Shown here piece by piece: positions 58,670 through 64,000 of a stretch of 64,000 nucleotides of DNA. Below the pieces are notes generated by a model. The model was not told the DNA's origin. It was given only the letters and a program-made list of their open reading frames with translations, and searched no databases. The stretch comes from Octopus vulgaris. Lineage: Eukaryota. The stretch spans positions 9,734,001 through 9,798,000 of the forward strand of contig OX597830.1 in the NCBI GenBank assembly GCA_951406725.2, given 5' to 3'. The first letter of the stretch is position 1; each line of letters opens with the position of its first letter. A program made the translations under genes and the position numbers.

Positions 58670-58960
58670 TTAATTCAGGTCGGGGATCTCATCACAGGCT
58701 GATGAAACCTGTTACCGGTACCATGGAAGCCAGTATTATGGTCCATGGTTGGAAGGTCGGTGAAGAGGGTTTGTGAACATCCAGAACGATTAAGAACAAG
58801 ACCTGGCAAAGGGCAGACGAGGCCCCTGTGGGCCAACGGCCGTTCATTTGGAGAAGGCAATGGCAAACCTCCCCAATATCTCTGCCAAGAAAAAGAAATA
58901 AGAAACAACAAAATAACGCCATGGCTTCATCCGACGTGAGAACTCGCGATCACTCGGAAA
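58670..58960 (+). mobile_element. RTE/BovB-like 5' UTR fragment
   Basis: 'ggagaaggcaatggcaaacctccccaatatctctgccaagaaaa' resembles the BovB/Bov-A motif 'ggagaaggaaatggcaacccactccagtattcttgcc'. Confidence 0.6.
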
Positions 58961-59136
58961 GACTTTTGTTGAAGTATCATAAACGCGCTGTAAAAACGTA
59001 CGATGCAGGGCGATGACGACTCGAAAGCAACACGAAATGTCTGAAGATATACTTACAACCTTTTTGTGCTAAATGCATGCGTTAAGATATAACAGAAACA
59101 ACTTCAGTATTGATTTATCGATAATTCAATATATAT

Positions 59137-59290
59137 AGACTGACCGGCTTTCAGCTGGATATGTTTAAATGTAGTAGGACACATAAAAATGGGTCACTTT
59201 AAATCGATAATTGATCTGGTCGTTGGATTGGTACGGATATTGAATTAGTTATATGACCGTATGTTTAAAACCTGCTTACATCAGCAACAG
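59137..59290 (-). ncRNA. Degenerate hammerhead-like motif with ~110-nt stem II insert
   Basis: Minus strand: CTGATGT-a-AGCAGG...CCAGCT-GAAA-GCCGG-TC. Stem I is poor. Confidence 0.35.
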
Positions 59291-59449
59291 CATAGTAACA
59301 CAGTTAGGTACAAACTTGAAACACAATTAAGAAGGATAAGCAAGGACTTGTTCATAGTATTTTCAAGTGAAATGAAAAAGAAGAATATGCCACGGTCATA
59401 TGGCGTATTGCTAAGAGCCCAAGATTCCGAGTTCGATTCCAGGCAGCGA

Positions 59450-59582
<133 letters not shown>

Positions 59583-59656
59583 TGATGATAATAACAACAA
59601 CAACAACATCGGAAAAATACTTTGGGGATGAGAACCCAGGTTTGAAATTCCTCCAG

Positions 59657-59702
59657 AACACCTGATGAAGGCTGGAAAGTACACCAGACGAAACTTTGTG
59701 TT
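59657..59702 (+). ncRNA. Minimal type I hammerhead motif
   Basis: AACAC-CTGATGA-a-GGCTGG-aaagtaca-CCAGAC-GAAAC-TTT-GTGTT. Stem I is a perfect 5 bp. Confidence 0.7.
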
Positions 59703-59829
59703 AACAACAAAGATGAGGGCAAATATCCGTCAAATATAAATAATCTAAATAAGGTATACAAGTTAGTTGATCTGTAAATTAACCTTTACAGGTGTGTCGA
59801 AACCACCTCAGAAATTGTCTTAAGATCAT

Positions 59830-60180
59830 CTTTTTATCTTTTATCTTTTACCTGTTTAAGCCACTGGACTGCAGCCATGCTGGGATTCCGCATTGAAGGG
59901 TTTAAGCCGAACGAAACGAACCCCTTACTATTTTTTAAAGCTTTGCATTTATTGTATCGGATACTTTTGGAGAACCGCTATGTTATGTGAAGGTAAATAA
60001 GCCAAAACTGGCTGTCAAGCAGTAGTGGGGGGTTAACATAAGCACAAAGGCACACACACACAGAGCCTACATCCCACCACACATGCATGATAATCTTCTT
60101 TCAGTTTCCGAGTACGAAATCCATTCACAAGGCTTTGGTTGGCCTCGGGGCTTCAGCAGAAGACACTTGCTCAAATGACA
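59830..60180 (-). mobile_element. Old SINE family A copy
   Basis: Tail and body match. Confidence 0.78.
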
Positions 60181-60379
60181 TACGATAGCAGGTCAACAAA
60201 CATTATCTCGGACGCCATTTTGTTCTAGTCATCTCAATCGTTATATTATAACGATTCAATACTGTAGTTTTTCAATGGAGTGAAAGCTTATAGCTTAAGT
60301 AACGCAGGGGACAATTGATTGAAACAGGTAGATATGGCTGATGGCTATTGGAATTTATGTAGACCGTCCTTGGAAGATA

Positions 60380-60448
<69 letters not shown>

Positions 60449-60798
60449 GACAGAGACAGAGAGAGAGAGAGAAAGGAGAGAGGAAGAAGAGAAAAAAGAG
60501 TTGTAGTTGAGCGACTGCTTATATCGATGTCAAGGAAAGAAGTTTGAAATGTCAGCGCAAAGATCCAGTGAAGCTTGTTACGAAAACAAAAAGCACAACG
60601 TGGACCACGGCAGAGAAAACCGATGATGACGAAGGCAAGAGCAGAAATAACGATCATTATATGTGTTCTGCCAAACTGCCGTCTTTCCATAACTTTATAT
60701 GACAACAGTAATAACAACATGAGTAACAACAACAACAACAACGACAAGAACTATAAAAAAAAGCCGTTAAAACAGCGATAACAATACCGACAGCATCA

Positions 60799-62474
60799 AT
60801 AACAAGAGCACTCACAGCGCGCAAACCTCCGCCAAGGCAACACCAACGTCCTCTCAACGATTAGCCAGGGAGGATGTTTTTAAATGAGAATATCTGAAAT
60901 AAACTCGATTGCTCTCACAAACGAGAATATTAAAAATGAACCCCGCTGTTCTCAAAAATTAAGTAAAAAGAAAACAGGAAAAATAATCCAGAATCTATGT
61001 CCGGCACCGGATCGATCCCAAAATTTAACCACTTCGTGTCAGTCACAAGGCCAAAGATCCCTGAAAGTTTCATCCGAATCATCAACGGTGACTGTTTCTT
61101 CCTCTTCTTCTCCAAACCATAGTAACTTCAGATCTGGTTGATTTGTTATGCGTTTTAGTAAAGGAGTGCTGACTCATCCAGCTCTTCCCTTTTTGTCAAC
61201 CATATTGTGTCTACCACTCCTGACCTTAAACTAAATACTACTGCTTAGAACAAGGTCAGGAGTGGTAGATACAAATCCCCTCCCGCTGACGGAGTCAACT
61301 CTTTGCAATTTCCTCCTGCTCAAAGGAAATAGTTACATATTCGCCCTCACACAAAAGAGCCCACATAAAATTGGCATGTTTTTTCTCGAATAGAGAGCCA
61401 TGAGTACCACAACCTCCTCAAGACTACTCGAATGAAATAACGAACAAAAATAGAAAAGAATAACAGCGCAACCATAGTAAAGACTGCAACAACAACAACA
61501 ACAACAGCAGCAGCAGCAACAGCAGCAACAACAACAACAACAACGGCGGCGACAACAGCAACAACATGAACAACAGTAATAGCACCAATAACAACAACAA
61601 CAACGAAGACGAGGATGAGCTTCAAGAGTCATTTCAAAGAACAGCAAAATCTGTAGAATAAGAGCAGATAAAAGAATAACAAAACAAATAACAGAAATGG
61701 CAGCAATCATAATAACAAGAACAACGAGAGCATTCAGAGACCGCAAACCTCCGCCAAGGCAGCACCAATGCCCACTCAATGATTAGCCAGAAATGATTTT
61801 TAAAATGAGAATATCTGAAATAAACTTGACTGCTCTCACAAACGAGAATACTAAAAATGAACCCACTCGCTCTCAAATATTAAGTTAAAAAAACACAAGA
61901 AAAACAATACTGAATCCTTGTCCGTTACTGGATCGACCCCAGAATCAATTCACTTCGTGCCAGTCAAAGATTCCTGGAAGTTTCATCTGAATCCATCCAG
62001 CGATTCTTGAGATATCTTGTCCATGGTGTAACAAACAAACAAGACTGAAAGCAATAACTCTGCCTTCGCTAAGGCGGAGGTGATAATAGTAATAACAAGA
62101 GCACTCAGAGAGCGCAAACCTCCGCCAAGATAACACCAAAGTCCTCTCAACAATTAGCCAGAGATGATTTTTAAAAATAAGAATATCTAAAATAAACTCG
62201 ACTGCTCTCACAAACGAGAATACTAAACATGAACCCGACCGCTCTCAAAAGTTAAGGAAAATAAATAACTTTATTAACACAGGAAAAATAATCCAGAATC
62301 CTTGTCCGGTACCGGATCGATCTCAAAATCTAATCAGTTCGTGTCAGCCACTAGGTCAAAGATCTCTGAAAGTTTCATCCGAATCCATACAGTGGATCTT
62401 GAGATATCCTGTCCACAGACAAACAAACACGACTGAAAAAACAATACCTCTGCCTTCGCTAAGGCGGAGGTGAT
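60799..62474 (+). mobile_element. Three copies of a Helentron/DINE-1-like element (60799-61080 truncated, 61721-62084, 62092-62474)
   Basis: Subterminal 'acctccgccaa' at the 5' end, a 3' hairpin 'cctctgccttcgctaaggcggagg', and (AAAC)n just before it. Copies 2 and 3 are head-to-tail. Confidence 0.8.
61205..61274. other. 70-nt hairpin (23-bp stem, 24-nt loop)
   Basis: ttgtgtctaccactcctgacctt pairs with aaggtcaggagtggtagatacaa, with one G-U pair. Confidence 0.9.
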
Positions 62475-62924
62475 AACAAAGATGGCCAAAAACAAGAAAA
62501 AAGAAAGAATGAGAAAAGGGAAAAAAAATATCTAAAGCAACAACAACTTCAACAGCGACAACAATGAGCAGCAAAAGCAGTCGATAAAATAAGAAACCGG
62601 AAAGACAATACCAGGAGTAGGAACAGCGAAGAGAACACTTGCCACAACCACGATGACAACAACAACAGCAACAACAGCATCAAATCGATAGAATTGCGTG
62701 GGCGATAGAAAGATCGATTCTTATTTTGTTTTATTTCTTGTTGTGAACTAGTGAACGCCTATGCGCTAGTTCCATTAGCTAGAAATAGAAGTCAAATGTC
62801 CGACATGCCGTCATAACATTTGTCGTGTCACGCGATATACTTGAAAAGCGGAATGGTCACGCTTGGAAAGTATTGGTTATTAATTTAAACCAAAAACACA
62901 GAGCTGATCTGGGACTTAACAGCA

Positions 62925-63275
62925 ATGACTTCTACTTGTTTCGGCCATTGAACTGCGGTCATGCTGGAGCACCACTTTGAAGATATTAGTTGAATAAATC
63001 AACCTCTAGGATACTTAATTTAAGAGTTTTGAGTTTTGTTTTGTCGCACTGCTAGTAAACGGGGACGTAAACAAACCGACACAGTATCCAAGCAGTAGTG
63101 GAGTCAAAGAGAAACACACACACACACACAGATATATGTGACCGGCTTCCTTATAGCTTTCGTCGGTCCCGGGATATACCGGAAGAAACTTGACTAAGGT
63201 GTCATGTAGTGAAACTAGACTCAAAACCACGTGGCTGCAAAACGGAGTTCTTAACCACGCAGACATGATGCCCGC
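62925..63275 (-). mobile_element. Old SINE family A copy
   Basis: Tail 'cttgtttcggccattgaactgcggtcatgctggagcacc'. Confidence 0.72.
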
Positions 63276-63601
63276 ACTTATATATCACTGTAATAAAAAG
63301 ACAATACTAAGAAAAAAATGTGTATTATAATCTATAACAACAACAGCAACAACAACAACAACAGCAGTAACAACAACAACAACAGTAGTAACAACAAGAA
63401 AAGCAACGAATATGTAATGCTGACGTAAGTACGGATTTTTCAGCTAGGATAAGCCAGAGACAAGGTCAGGCTGACATTTGAAATGTGAATGTAGGTGGTA
63501 GCGTCTGCAAATATCGATTTATTGGTTGTTGTACTGGTTTTCTTTTAAGAGGTCCTAAAGAAGACTGTAAGAGGTAAAGAGAGCGACAGATAGACGGATA
63601 T

Positions 63602-63661
<60 letters not shown>

Positions 63662-63745
63662 TTTATTTTAAGCAGCAGAAAATTCAACAAAATCTGTTAC
63701 TCTGAGTTTCTCGTTGCCGTTCATCAGACAGTTGCATATATATAT

Positions 63746-63782
<37 letters not shown>

Positions 63783-63920
63783 CAAGCATACATACATAAA
63801 TACATATATACATGCATACATACATACATATATATATATAGATAGATAGATAAATAGATAGATATGTGTGGTGCGTATATATACATATATATACATTTGT
63901 ATGGGCATGTATGTGTGTGC

Positions 63921-63962
<42 letters not shown>

Positions 63963-63963
63963 G

Positions 63964-64000
<37 letters not shown>

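Overview
AT-rich, repeat-saturated animal (non-coding) DNA. The SINE families and the extreme (AT)n/(CA)n/(TATC)n load look like an octopus (coleoid cephalopod) genome, which is an inference from recalled repeat consensi. I found no intact protein-coding gene, and nearly all listed ORFs are microsatellite or SINE read-throughs. The window holds dozens of tRNA-headed SINEs in several modular families, CR1-group LINE remnants, an RTE-type tail and 5' piece, Tc1/mariner remnants (DD37D and DD34D types), Helentron/DINE-1-like elements, two foldback/MITE elements, a degraded 18S rRNA fragment and an interstitial (TTAGGG)n tract. The most interesting signal is a set of about ten short islands, mostly unrelated in sequence and mostly sitting in or beside simple-repeat tracts. 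They carry minimal type I hammerhead-ribozyme (HHR) motifs and/or form long near-perfect palindromes centred on an HHR or HHR half, consistent with Penelope-like element (PLE) pLTR or retrozyme remnants. Several have variant cores (CCGAUGA, CCGAAGA, GUGAACA) or stem II inserts of ~90-110 nt. Also notable: a CR1-group LINE ends in the same tail as the commonest SINE, and a dimeric SINE moves as one unit with AATA-starting TSDs. All alignments were made by eye, so boundaries are approximate.
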